Below, one piece after another: positions 27,839-42,063 of a stretch of DNA of 64,000 nt. This stretch comes from Auanema rhodensis (Eukaryota; Animalia; Nematoda), in the NCBI GenBank assembly GCA_964057225.1, contig OZ059894.1:16988001-17052000 (forward strand), given 5' to 3'. Every line of letters starts with the position of its first letter. Positions within the stretch are counted from its first letter, which is position 1. Both the position numbers and the translations under genes were made by a program. Below the pieces are notes generated by a model that did not search any database, was not told the DNA's origin, and saw only the letters and a list, made by a program, of their open reading frames with translations.

Positions 27839-30539
27839 ATGAAAGTTATCTCTGTATTTCTTGCTACGCTTGCTGCTGCTCAAGCACTGGTTTTTCCAAT
27901 CCGTATTGTAAATCAGAATTCAGATGCTGCTCTTAGGTATTCTGTTGAACCAGTAAACATAATATTTAAACATTACTAATGTTTTAAAAATTTGATTTTA
28001 GGTGATCTTAACAAGCAACCTTTGGGTTACCCCTATTAGTATTGGAACTCCTCCCCAGACTTTTCAGTGTGCTGTATGTTTTAAAACTTTTTTGTTGAAT
28101 AAGAGAAGACTTTTCAAGTTCAATGCAAACTTTATTTTTCTCCTCTAGAAGCTAATTCTGTGCCTTTAAGGTTGATACTACTTCTTCCATTCTTTGGGTT
28201 GCTGATTCAACTTGCCAAAATCCTTCTGACGTCTGCTCTTCAAGCGCCTGTTCTGGAGGTGAGTTGATTATTCTTAAATTGTTCAGCCATTTGTCCAATT
28301 TCAGTTTATTGCTACAGAGAATGTCCAGATATTCAATGTTGTACTCAAGTATTAAAAAACAAGGTTGAAGACGCAGATCCAACATCAACGCCAGCTCCTA
28401 CAACAACTGGTACGGCTGGTACGACAGAATCTGTTACGATAGCTCCTACAACAACTGGTGCGGCTGGTACGACAGGATCAGCTCCTACAACAACTGGCAT
28501 GAATGGTTCGACAGAATCTGTTACGATTACTGGCACAGCACCTACTACAACTCCAACAGTTACGAGTACCTGCTTTAACATGAAACAATTCAATGCGTGA
28601 GTTTAATCGATATTTCATTGAGATAACATCATTTGAAATTAAATTTCAGAAACTCATCTTATACGTTTAAAAAACACGATGGCGAATTTGTTTTCAATAC
28701 TGGACTTGGAACGGTCCTCGGAGCAATAGGAGAGGATTTGGTCTTGTTGGGCAAAAATGACGTCAACAGAAGTGCTGTCAATGCTGGTTCTATGATATTT
28801 GGACGGGTGCGAAAAACAGAGTAGGAAGATAATATAACAAACTATAATTATAGGCTAATCATATTCCTAATGTCATCCAGAATGCTAAAGGAGTTGATGG
28901 TGTTCTTGGTCTGGCATTTGCTTCTAACAGTAAACAAGCAGTTCCCGCATTCTTTGATTCTGTTGTATCGACACGTATCATTATTACATTTTTCACTTTA
29001 TTCCATTGAATAAATTCCAGATTCATTGTACAAACCTACAATTACTATCTGGCTCAAGGATCAAGGAGAAGCTAATGACAATGGAACCTCAGGAGTCATT
29101 TACTATGGCGGTTAGTTTTTCAAAATGTCCCATATATATATATATATATATATCTTTTGTAAATTTTACTATTAATTTGAAACATGACATTCGAAGAATA
29201 CTATTAGATAACATTATGGTTTCAAGAATACAATTAGTTTTGAGCTATATTGTTTCATCTGTTGTAAAAGCAGTTAAAATGAGAACTTTTGCACATTAAA
29301 AGACTAAATTTCAATGAGCATTTCAAAACTGATTGGCATTTATTTATTTCTCTTCAGATGAAGACAAATTACATTGCAAAGGAGCACCAGCATACGTTTA
29401 CTTGTCTTCTGCCACTAATTGGCAATTTACAGTTTCCGTTACGTACATCAATCACCAATATGCTCTTTCCAATGCCCAGGTAACATTTTGTGGAATAAGA
29501 AAGAATTTTAATCAAAACTTTAAAACATAAAAATAAATTGGATGAAAATGCTCTATGAACACGAGCTGGGCATTTTTACGACATTCCCTAAGGCCGTTTG
29601 AGAGTTCATGAAACAATTTGTTCTAAAGTCTAAAGAGCTATGCTTCGCTTTGTCCAGTCATTTCAATGTGACTAAAATTATTTTCTTTAAGCTTGTTAGC
29701 TTGCTGATTTCACGGCTTTTTCCTTTTCAGTAGAAACTGAAAAAAATAAAGCTTATTCAATTGGAAAGAATGAAAAATAACTATAATTTTTAAACTATAA
29801 TTGAATAAAACCATACATGAAACAAATAAATTTTTAAGCTTTTATTTGTAGTCATCATAAAAATATTATGAAAAACTGAATTTTTAAATTAAATCTTTAA
29901 AACTCTAGGCTTTCATCGATACCACATCTCCATTTGTCACGGCTCCCAAGGTTGTCATCGACAAGCTTCTTAACGTACTTCAACCATATAATACCACTAC
30001 TAGTTTCCCTTATTATGTTAGTTGTAATTCTAGATTCGATATTGAACTCTTCTTAGGAACTTCTACTCGTAAGAGCATTATAACGTTTTATTCTCAACTC
30101 TCGAGCATATTTTAGAGATTATGACTTATAAGAACCTTCTTGCTAAAGACATGCGTGGAAATTGCTATTTACTTTTGAAACAGGTCAGTATTTCTAACAA
30201 AATTCTTTGATATTTGAACAAAAACAGAAAGGTTGAAAAAAAGGTTTTCTGATTTGTTTGAAATGTTTTGGAATATTCAAACAGAAAAAACAAGCTGACA
30301 TCAATTTTTCAGGCTGAACCCCGTGGAAACGACAGAGGAAATCGTTTTGAACTTGGAACACCTTTCCTTCGTGGAAGGTTTGTAATCTCTTATAAAGCAA
30401 TGATAAAATATTCTTATATGAACATTAATTTTTTTTTAAATCAAAAATTGATGATAATTCATGTCATTTCAGATGCACCTTCCTCAATAACGAAAGTGAA
30501 AAAATTGGCTTCTCAGATGCTGTTCTTCATGGAATTTAG
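27839..30539 (+). CDS. Atypical A1 (pepsin-like) aspartic protease with Thr-rich insertion
   Basis: Signal peptide; ISIGTPPQTF; VDTTSSILWV; DGVLGLAF; GVIYYG; AFIDTTSPFVTAP; FELGTPFLRG; KIGFS. Confidence 0.9.
28392..28562 (+). repeat. Coding tandem repeat AGCTCCTACAACAACTGG... (APTTTG..GTT.S), ~4 units
   Basis: Three near-identical 39-57 nt units plus one partial unit inside a protease exon. Confidence 0.9.
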
Positions 30540-30643
30540 GAAATTGTTTGTATCTAACTTCTGTAAAACTAATAAACTGTATTAATATAAACTTTAAAAT
30601 TTTTTTTCAAATTTTTATTGGTTTTTGTTTGAATTAATATTGG

Positions 30644-31090
30644 TCAAATTGTCGGATTGTAAAAGCGAGCTTCAATGTGATGAGCATCAAGATCACCGCT
30701 CATGGATTCACGCCATAAACGACGTCTCCAAGCTGGCCCATAACTGCCTGAAAAGAATAATAGTAAAAATCGTAATAATTATATAGCATAAGCTTTTGTT
30801 CGTTTTTTTGAAGAAAATATAAAAAATTCTCATAAGCTTATGATATAGTTTTTGTGAACCAAGACCCAAAAATAGAAAGAAAGAAATAGAAAAAAGTACT
30901 TTCCATTCTCAATCTTAGGCACTACTTTTAAAAAGAATTCATTTTATAGACTTTTTATGAGTTTTATATTTATACAAGTTGTGTGGTTTCTTTATATAAA
31001 CTTACCAAAACTTCTGAATTGAGCAGTGGTCTCCTCAATTACAAATGATAACAAAAGAACAAGAAGTATAGCCGAACAAAAACGGAGCAT
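30644..31090 (-). CDS. Small secreted peptide precursor (neuropeptide- or AMP-like, 2 exons)
   Basis: MLRFCSAILLVLLLSFVIEETTA-QFRSFG|SYGPAWRRRLWRESMSGDLDAHHIEARFYNPTI*. Phase-1 intron, mature N-terminal Q, and a tribasic site. Confidence 0.8.
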
Positions 31091-33202
31091 TTTAATTCTA
31101 AATGTATATATTTAAGTAAAGAATTAGATTTACTAAAGAATTATTAAAGAATATTATGTAATAAAGATAACGTTTGAATAATAAGAAGAAAATGATATTT
31201 TGGGATATCCAATTAGTGTTTATATGCCGCCCACATGGAGTCGGATATTCGATAAAGCTCAAATACTTATTACATGAAAGGTCGATGGATTCTTGAAGAT
31301 TTTGTGTATAACTAAACTACTAATTCATTTTTTCAAATTATTCAAATTAATTTTTCAAATTCTTCTCTCAGTTTTTATTTTACTACAGGTTGTCTGAGGA
31401 TATATGTTATATTATCTTTTTAACCTAAAACTAATACTTGCAATGAAAAATGAAAAAAAAAACATAGACAAATGACGATTGATTTACAATTAAAAATGAT
31501 TTAAAATAAGCTTAAGTAATGTATTAGTTGAAAAAGTCAAAGTGGATTGAAGAAATACAAGCTGCTTATAAATGGAACAAAATGACGAAAATGGGGCGGA
31601 GTCAGTAACAGGGGCCAACCATACAAGCTTGCGAGAGAATGAGATTAAGCTGAAATTATTCTGATTCATATTCACAACTACATATTTTGCACTCTGATCT
31701 TCAATCAAAAATTCTAGGTTAAGACGATTTATAGCAATTTAAATCGTGACGATGAATTTTAAATGTATGATATAAAAATATCTTAACTGACAAATCCTAT
31801 AGTCTCTGATTTTTCATGCACGGTCATAACTCTTTAAATATTTCATATTAGGTTTAATTTAAAAAAAAAATTTGATCAAAGAAACAGGAAGAATAAGAGA
31901 AAAAGTACGTAATATCAACTATTTTTAAAAATTCAAGAAAAATATAAATTATCAACAAGTATTATAATAATAAGGAAAATTATATCTAAATGCAAATGAT
32001 TAGATGCATTGGATATCAGCTTAAGTTAGTAAGGTTTTTATTCAAAATATTGAAACAAAAAAAATTAAAAAAGTTTATTTACTAATTATATATTAGGTAA
32101 ACGCAATAAGATACTAACTATTTTTTAAAAAATATAGATAAAATCATATAATATAACAAAACTCATATCATATAACACATCTGGTCTATAGAAACATAAA
32201 ATACTTAGAAAATGATATTCTTTGAGTAATACATCCTCCTCAAATCTCTTAGTATTTTCAAAAACAAACCTTTTTTTTATTTAGTACTGGGTTATTTAAA
32301 AAATTTCACAATTTTTGTATATAAATTATAACTTAAAAAAATAAATAATAAAAGATAAAAAATATTTCTTCAATTTTTTTTCCAAAATATGAGAAAAACC
32401 CGATTTTCTGACAATAACAAATAAATCAGTGTAACCGTTGAAGCTTTTGGATGATTTTCAGCTTAAACTCCTTGATAATATAATTATTTTTAATAATTAT
32501 TCAAAATAATAATGAACTTATTTGACTGAATGAATTTTCATTCTTTTAATTAAAGTTCATTATGATGAAAAGTTAGTAATTGAATATAATTATCTGGTTA
32601 TCTTATAGTTTATATTCATATAATGCTTGAAAGGGAAGCATAACAACAACTGAATTTGGCTTAGAATTTTGTAAAAAAAATTTCGTTTTACACTTTTCTA
32701 AGATCTTCCTTTTCTTTTTCAATTTCCTACTATTTTAATTTTAATCATGATCATCTGCATATTTTAGAAAATATAGAGTAAAATAGACACATTCACATTT
32801 ATATTTGTATATGGCTTAACATATAGTGAAAAAGAATTGAATTTAATTAGTTTCACTTCTATAAATGAATAATTATTCTTAAGGGAGTAAATTGAATTTC
32901 ACAAAAAAAGTGAAATAAGTCAGACAGGTTGGCAAGAATGAAACAATTACTTTAGTTGCTGATCTTTTCTCAGTAGATAATTGGAAAAAAGGCTTAGACT
33001 TCATTGAGCTGAGATCAATTGGGTATCATTAACTACATGATTTGATTGAATTTGCGATATATGTAGGTTTGTATGTATTTTCATCTTTCAACATTACAAT
33101 TTTAAAAAATGCATTCATTTAGATAGAGATCCAAGTTATATATATACATGTATATACTTCTCAGACAATACGTACATATCATATAAATTTTTCAAATATG
33201 AT

Positions 33203-33672
33203 TTACTTTCCATACATCATTGGATGTCCATACATTCCGCGTCCGTACATTCCCATACCGTGACCATACATACCATGTCCTCCGTACATGCCCATACCAC
33301 GGCCATACATGCCATATGGACGCATAAATCCTGAAAAATCGTCAGTTTAATTTTAAAAAATAGATATGTGATATAAGATTGAATATACACTATTCAAACA
33401 CTGCCAAACCTTAAAATATAATAGAACATTAACTAAATATTCAAAAATGAATAATATCTCATTCTAGTGCGTTTTCAAAGAAAAATATTCACATCCTTCT
33501 TTTTCGAACATTTTCAACACGGATGAGTGATTTGAGCAAAATATTCTATTTCTTTCACTCACATATAAGGAATATATGTAAAACTCTGCTTACCTCCCAT
33601 CATACCATATGGATAAGCAGCAACAACTTGAAGGATGCAGAAGATAGCCAATAATACCAAAAGTTTAGACAT
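33203..33672 (-). CDS. NLP-29/caenacin-like Gly/Tyr/Met-rich antimicrobial peptide precursor (2 exons)
   Basis: MSKLLVLLAIFCILQVVAA-YPYGMMGG|FMRPYGMYGRGMGMYGGHGMYGHGMGMYGRGMYGHPMMYGK*. It has a C-terminal GK amidation signal and TATATAA near 33757-33763. Confidence 0.9.
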
Positions 33673-34899
33673 TGTGTTTGAAAGGTTACTTGAGAGCAGA
33701 AGTCGAAATAAGACAGTCCGAAACGGTTTGTGTTAGGTCGTAGGTTGATTCAGGTCTTATATAGGAACTGATCACCTTGACTTGATTCACTAGAACCGCC
33801 TGAAGAAAGTTCATGCTCTCTATGATTCATAATGCTATATCATTTAGCGAACATGTCATACATATAGCTATCTTATTATTGTTCTTTGTCTAATACTTAA
33901 TTGTATCTCTTTTCCTTTTCTCATTTTTAAAAAGTTGCTAAATCTTGTTTACTGTAACGTCCATTTTAATCTTTTTTTTGTTGTAAAAAATTACAATTAA
34001 TTTTGAAAATTCTTTCAGCTTGAACAGTGAACATTTATTTCTCAATTTAAATCTTTTTCAAACTAAAAATAGGGAATTTCTCTAATTACATCATCCAAGT
34101 TTTAAAAAATTATTATGACAAATAACTTTTTAAAATTATTTTTTTTTGTAATAAATTATTGTTATAGTACAATATAACAATTAGTACAATTCCATTTTGT
34201 AAACTATTCGTGAATATTTCTTTAAATTTCATTGGTAATGATTCCACGTGGGTCTCACGTGTTTTATTTTTTATAAATCGCAGATTCAAGATCGGTTGCA
34301 TCTCTTCTCTCATTCTTTCGCCTACCTATCACCTATCTGCTGAACCATTTCTCAAGTTTTTTTTCTCATTAATTTCTTTCTTTCCCTTCTAGTCTTAGTA
34401 TCTTTAGTAGTGATATTTGGCTAAGTTGTTGAATATCTTTTTCATTTTATTATATCTTTCTGTCCCATATTTCCAAAACTCCATGAATCAAAAGATTAGT
34501 TGTCCAGTGAGTATCTCCTATTACATTTTTTTCGTAAATAAAGTGATGACGAAACAGGACTGTCTGAACGAGAAGATGGAAGACAAAAAATCAAAAATCT
34601 TTCAATGCCACGTGAGAAGAATTTTTAGAAAAACAGAATATTTATTAAATGAAGTACCTTTATATTTCAATGAAAATTCTTATAGATATTTGTGAACTGT
34701 ATCGTTTGCCCAACATTAATTGTTTAAACTAAATTTAAAAAAAAACAAAACTGAAACCAATGTGGTATTATAGACTACTTTTCGATTCTTAGTCGTAATA
34801 AACGAAACCAACAAGTTACAGCTATGAAAGATTTTATTATTTTTATATTTTCATACAGAAACATGAGTATATCTTTAATTATGAGATCAGAGTTTCTAC

Positions 34900-35329
34900 T
34901 TATTTTCCGAATCCGCGACTGTACCCCTTTGCATAACCATTTGCTTGTCCACTTGGAGCAAATCCATACACTTCAAAAATACAATTCAAGCATATTTTAT
35001 GTTTTCATGGCATAAATTAAAATTTTAAGTTATATATACCTCCTCCGTATGTTCCGCTTCGTGTTCCACCACCTTGCCTAATACCTCCACCCATTCCAGG
35101 TACAAAGCGACGCGTTTTCAAGTTAACATCTCCGATTGCTGGAGCAGCCAAGAATGAATCAAATAGTCCTGAAAGATCTTATTGAAAAATTCAAAATTAC
35201 AATTCTGTTCTATTAATATAATATCCACGTGGCTTGTTCTTGCTAAACAATAGAATTAAACTGGCCTTGTGCTTCAACCAAGGAGGAAACGCAAACACAT
35301 ATAACAAAAACTGTTACAACGGCTTTCAT
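34900..35329 (-). CDS. Gly-rich secreted peptide precursor with pro-region (3 exons, first intron GC-AG)
   Basis: MKAVVTVFVICVCVSSLVEAQG|LFDSFLAAPAIGDVNLKTRR-FVPGMGGGIRQGGGTRSGTYGGV|YGFAPSGQANGYAKGYSRGFGK*. TTTTCAG lies 2 nt before the ATG. Confidence 0.8.
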
Positions 35330-38251
35330 GTCTGAAAAAAGTAAAAACTATCGTAAATTAGCGGGAAATGTCGTAGAAAATGAGAGTTGACAAAGGTGGG
35401 AAAAGGATATGCTTGTCTGGTTTGAAAAGGAAGATACTACATACAAGTGAAGCTTTGAAAAAATTGTTCTCGTCAAGGATATTCTAAATAACAGAGGATT
35501 TATGAAAAATTCAAAGAGGCAACTGAAAAGAATATGATTTAGATAATGAAATGCAGAAGATGTAACATCATAAATGCAAATAAGTATGTCAGGAAGCTTC
35601 CTTTTTCACCATTAAGAGATAAAAAAATTTGGCAAAACGTTAATGAAGACGTTTATGAAAATCAATCAGAAAATTATAAGAGGCTTTTAAATATTCTCCC
35701 AGAATTAACAAGTTCTAGATACAAGCCTCAGAAAGATCAAGCTTTTATTGAACTTATTTTGATTAAAGGAATAACAAATGAAAAATAAGCTTAATAATGT
35801 ATATCATAAGACACTTTAAAGAAGCTTCCTTCACACTCAGCCTAAGAATAAAAGGATAACCAAAATGAATGAGCAGAAGTATAAAGAATGCCAGCTAAAA
35901 GTATAGGAAAGATGATACTTAGATGAAAATCCTAAAAAATATATAAAAAATTGGTACACACATGAATTACACGATGAAACATGAATATCAATTAAACCAT
36001 TTATGCTTACAAACAACATCGTTATAAGATGAAATAAGAAAAACAATTTTTCAACCCAAAACAAAACAAATCAAAGCTAGATACTATCTCCCAAAAGAGA
36101 AAACGTTTGAGCTCATAAGGACTGAACTTATCGTTTTCTATATGACAATTTAAATGAATGATTTGTCGTTAACAGATATTTGAAGCTGACATATTCAGTA
36201 GAGTAGAATCAGATTCATCATGTGATTCCTTTGCAACTTTTTTGACACTCCTCTTGCTCAAGGGAGTGGCGTTGTTTCTCTTGGATTCTTGCAATTACAT
36301 ATGAGGCTTTTTCAAATTTCAATTTCTTGACAAAAAACACACTGAGAATAGAACATCCTTTCGCATATTTCCTGAAGCTTCTTGTTTAGAAAGAACAAAT
36401 CATTAGATGCTACTGTATAATTATAATAAGTCATACGTAGACAAATATATTCAAAAACATTTTAATAATTCAAACAAAATAAAGTTGTATATGCACAAAT
36501 ACTTTTAATTTATAACACCTGCCTTATATATAATTTGGTTCAAATGATAATTTTTTAAGTTTTTCTTTTAAAATTATTTTTAGCTTATATTATAGTCATC
36601 GATGAATAAACAGAAGAAATAATAAAGTAATGATTCTAAATACATAGATATGATTGGTATCATAAATGAATACGTATGCGTTCATATAATATTCATATCA
36701 ACTTTACAAGCATTTTATTTTTTTGTGAAGTCATTGCTAACAAAATGGATGAAAGTCAACAATAAAGCTGAATGAAGGATGCTTCTGTTCAATAGAAGAC
36801 AAAGTAATAGTATGAGTTACTTTCTTGGACAGTCATTATAGAAATGTCTTCACGGTTGACCTATACAACTAAACAAACGTAAAAGATATATGGCTAAGCA
36901 TCATTGAAAGTTGACTGTCAAGCTTATATAGCTGCTTTAGAGAAGTCAGTTCAACTCCACGTCAATGAAAAAGGTCAAAAAACAACCATTGAATGATCAA
37001 TTGAAACATTTATTATGATTACTATTTTAAATATTTTTTACTTTCTTATAGATATATGGAAATATTTTTTGTTTGATAAATACAATTGCCTTGTACTCCA
37101 AGATCTCAATTCTGAATTTGAAAAACAAATTGTGGTGAGAAACATTAAACGAAAATGTTAAATCATTTGCATGATTTTTTGACAAAACAATTTAGTAAAC
37201 GATATTCAAATGTGATGCTTTGCCGAATTGAAATTAGTTTTAAAAGAAAATAAAAAAGGGTTTTTGAGAAATATATGGAAAATCAAAAGGTAATATGAAG
37301 ACTTTTTTTATAATTGAAGTGTTACGGAAATTATTTTGATTTGTTTTTTCTGGCTGAAAACGGAAACAGCAATCATTATATATGTATGTATTGTAAAATA
37401 ACGTCAAAAAATAATGGCATGGATGTTGAAGGATATGAGTATATATGTAAATAATGATTTTTCGATTTATTTTGCTTATTTTGATTTTGAAAAAGTTTCA
37501 TTACTTTCTACGATCGCAAAAGAACAGATTTCTTTTCTCAATATGTAGCGAAAATACATTCCCTTTCATGATGATAATTAAGCCAACTTGACTTGTACAA
37601 CTTCAAAGACATTCAAACTGTCTAGCAGATAACCCCAAATAAATTGGATGAGAATTGTAAAAGAGTGAAAGATAGAAATAGAGGGAGAAAGATTGGTTGA
37701 ATGAAGAGATAAATGGAGATTGTCAAAGAAAAGAGATACAAGTGAAAGGAGAAGAAGCTCATCTAGCTGGCTATCCATTAACGTAAGTATTTTCACACAA
37801 ATACAAAAAAATATAAATGAGAAACTAGCTATGTCTTAACCGGTATCCGAATAGGGTCAGACCGATCTGTTACCATCCTTACAAGTTATTATCCACCCCA
37901 GCATAAGCTATACCATTCGAATCTCTTTCTCCTACTCTTGACCCAACAGTTTCCGTAAAGGAATTTAAGTTAACTATTGTTTTTACTAACTATTTTCAAT
38001 TATTTTATTTTATATATTCCTTTTTTCAATATTACTTTCTTTTCATTGAAAATAAAATCTGTGATTTTCATGAAGAATTTAAACTTGAAATTTCATATTT
38101 TAACATCTTTTCTCATAATTAACGCTTTACAAATCAAGTACTCTTAAGATTTATAAATTTGTCGCAAAACGCTCTTTTTGAATATCTTGAATAATCTTAT
38201 TCACTTTTTCAAATGAAATTATTTCATTTTTTTGCAGATTGTAGTCAAATA

Positions 38252-41200
38252 ATGCTAATTTCATATGGGATTGCATTACTTATATCCCAATTTACTGTAA
38301 TACAAGGTGATTTTAATATTTTTCAAAATCATTATTTGTTTGCTTATTCAGTAACTTGTTCAAAACTGAAATTAATTACAAAAATTAGTTCAACTATAAA
38401 TCACAATATTAATTACTTGTACATCAATAAAAATATTTGGCGAATTAAATTGAAACCTTTAAACAAAAATTTAATTAAATAATAGGAAAAAATTTTTTTC
38501 TCGTAATTAGTAAACATTTCTATATATTATGTTACTAGGTTTCTCCAGCTGTTCAACGTCATCTATAGGTTTTTGTCTACGTTCTCTTTTTGATGTTTGG
38601 GAGCACGTGAGGAATGTAGAAACCCATGCAGCAAATTTACTTTTCCCTGTTTGTTTAATGAAAAAAAAACTTTATTTTCTGATGTAATCATAATTTAAGG
38701 TTCCATTCTACACTCGGCAATCTATATTAATACTCTGTAATGAGTATATTGAAACTAAATCCAAGTGTTTTGTTGATGGAGAATTGGGGTTTGGTTTAAT
38801 TTCTTGATTTTTGAGAAAGTTGTTTGCTTGGCGAACTTCGTATATAAAAAAAACTTACTAAAATATTTGAAAATTGTGGATTAAATATAAAAAAACTATA
38901 AACTGCAACTTGTTCTATTATTTTATCAAATATTTTAGATGTAGGCAGTCTCCCATGGTATCATTTGTTCAATCTCATCTTGATTTTTACTGTGGAACTC
39001 ACTTCCCAATTTATTCAGGTGAATGAGAAAAAAACTTTTAAGATTATTGCAACAATTTTCTACAACATTTTTTGCATAAAATGTTTGTGGAAACGTATAC
39101 TAAATTTTCAATGTTGAAGCTTTCTTTCAAAAGTTGTAAGGAAACTTAAAAACAAGTCTATTTGAGTTTTTTTTTTTTTGAAATTTCAAGTTCATGATTA
39201 TTCAAAGAAATCAAAATATCTTTTTATTTGTAAGAAAAGTATGAAAATATTTGATTTTGGGATTTTATAACTAGTAGTGACACGCTCATACACCAAATTC
39301 ATCATTATTTTGGTCTTGTTTGATTTAAAATTGTATTTTCAGAAAACTATGAATGTATTTCTGCAAATATTCTTCGCAATCGTCAATGCTACCAACATAT
39401 ATATGGAATACCAAATCCTATGAGTGATAAAGGTATTCAGAAGAATATGTTAGGAAGCACTGAATAATGGATTAAACTTGTAGATAAATGTGAAGGACTT
39501 CCAAAATATTTTGATTGTGTTAAAGACTCTCTGAAAACTGCATGTGGTGATGCAGCTTTAGCTCTTGTAGGATCTTCAATCAAAAGCTTTGGATGCGAAC
39601 TTGACAAGGGTATCATGAGAATTTATATTTTATAACTGAATTTGTACATATAATTATCTTTTGTAGATCTCTTCGACATTTCTCAATTAAAAAAGTTAAA
39701 TGAAAGTGGAAAATATACTCAACAATACTTAGAAGGTATGTTCTATACATTAATATTTTTCTCTCTTAAGGCATCATTATTTTCTTAAAGACTTCGTTCT
39801 CATGGAGAAGCCTGCTAATCTTGATGAGTTACGCAAATCAAAAGGTTAACGGTGACGTTATCGTCTTTTACTCTATAATGTTCAATTATGTCCTTCAGAA
39901 CTCTCAGCTGAAACCCCTAATGAAACAACAGTGACAACTTCACAGTCCACGACTACGCCAGTTCCAAGCACTACAGAGAAGTTAATTGAGACAACAACGG
40001 CACAGCCAGTTGAAACATCATCTACACCATTTATTGCTGGAGCTGATTTTGATCAAACCTTCGAAACTTCCGAGGATCAATCTTCAGAAGATCAGCCTTT
40101 TGACTTTTCTTCATCTATGCTAGATGATCACAAAGCTATGCTACTAGACGAAACTCTCACAACACCAGAAATACTAACAACTGCAACAGAAAAAGTTGCA
40201 GAAACCACTTCAGTAGCTCCAGCCATTGTGTCAAATTCGTCCGAAATAGTGCAAGAAGCTCTTTTGAATTTGACAGCTCCCTTCGAATTGGATAATTCAA
40301 CTGTACTAGAATCTACTACTCAATTAACAACACCATTTGATGATTCTGATATATGTACACCAGATAAAGAAGAAAAAATTAATGTTTGTTATCAACATTT
40401 GATTAGGTAAATCTATATTTAAACATATTTTCTTATATGTATTTGATTTTTAGACGCTTGGCTACCGTAACAACTCATCCTGATTCCTCTCAACAAATAC
40501 GCTTCCCTGTTTTCAATGTTTCCTTGACAGAGGTTATCGCACTTTGTGGAGCTTATGAGGAAGCTACAACTTGCTCTGAAAAAAATCATCAAATATGCTA
40601 TGATACGCAAATTGTGCAATTTTTCTCCGGACAATTGGAAACTCTGTGCTTCCGATTGAACTCAATGAAGCAAGAATATCAATGTATGCTCCAAACATTC
40701 AATGAGAATCCCGTAAGAATACTTTAAATATACCCGTGAACTTGACTTTTGTTCTTTAGAACTGTGTCAGATTTTTGAAATCTGATGATAACCAGGCCAA
40801 ATGCGCAAATCAGCAAGAAGCTTTTGATTGTCTTCAATCTAGTGTCATCTGCCCAGAACAACAGCAAACTATTATTTTGATAAAAGAAATTATTCGTGGT
40901 TACGGATGCCGGGTCTATTTCAAACGTATTTTTAATTTGTTCAAAAATATTTTTTAAATTATTAACTTTTAGATTATTTAACCAAACCGCCTATTACACA
41001 TCCCCCTACAACCCGTCGTACTCGTAGAACCACTACAGCCGCCCCAGTGACATCACCTTCCGATGTGGAAGGATCTGGTGAATCGACTGAAATAGACAGA
41101 GAATCGACAAATTCAACTTTATCGGATGATATTCCTAATGATAAGGATGAGATTACTAGTACACCAACGACTATCACCACGACGACAATAGCCCAGACGT

Positions 41201-42063
41201 CTCCACAGACGGAAGCTACGGAAACAACTTTGATGACGACAACAAATCCAACTACACTATCAACAACAGAACAAGTTCAAGACAATTCTAGAACCAAAAA
41301 TCAACCCCGAGATAGAGCTGGCTTAGTTCGTGATTGCCCAAAGAAAGAATTGGATCAAGTTCATATATACATTTTAACTTTTTAACATTTCTCGTATTAA
41401 GGTGAGAGAATGTATGGCACCATTATTGGAAACATGGCTACGAATTCATTCAAAGAAACCTTTGTTATCTGAGGTACGTGCTTTGATTCAAGGAAAATCA
41501 TTAATATTATAAGTTTGTTTAAAGATTACTTTCCCTGTATATTCGTATACACCTCGAGAAATGCTTGATTTATGCGATGGATATGCTAACCTATTTCTAT
41601 GCTCAGGAGTTAACCAAATCAAAAGATGCTTGAAAGACCAATTGGTAAAACATCACTTATAAAAAAAATTTAAAATTTGATTTCGTTTTCTTCAGATTGA
41701 AGCAGCACAAGACTTCCTTGGATATCAATGTTCTCCTCCAAATCTGCCAACATTTATGAAATACTATCAATGTAGTTTTAAAATTATTATTATTTTACTT
41801 TACCTATTTTTTAGGCATTAAAAACGTTGATAGTTCATTCGGATGTTCAAGATTTATCCGGGGATCAGTTGCTACAACTCGCAAGGTTTTGATGTTTTTC
41901 AATATTCTTCAAAAATGTCTTTCTCTTCCAGCGTAAATGCGATGGATTCCATTTATACGTAAATTGTATGGTTCCATTAGTACAATCATCTTGTGGGCTG
42001 GATGCTATTCGTCAGTTTAATTTCACAGTAACACAATTCGGATGCAACCGACGACAAGTCTGA
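38252..42063 (+). CDS. Secreted protein with three Cys-rich (DUF19-like) domains and Thr/Ser mucin-like linkers
   Basis: Signal MLISYGIALLISQFTVIQG. Three repeats of C...CL..L...W/FP...I..LC..Y...C...L..C...Y.C...C...C...DC....CG......FGC are separated by Thr-rich exons 39899-40406 and 40973-41358. Confidence 0.85.

Noticed and set aside
28392-28562. CRISPR-like repeat-spacer pattern
   Set aside because: It is an in-frame coding repeat in a eukaryotic exon, the spacers are related to each other, and there are no cas genes.
35546-37140. ORF 35546-35788 and exon-like minus-strand patches near 36170-36390 and 36740-36960
   Set aside because: I could not build a consistent gene model or recognise any motif.
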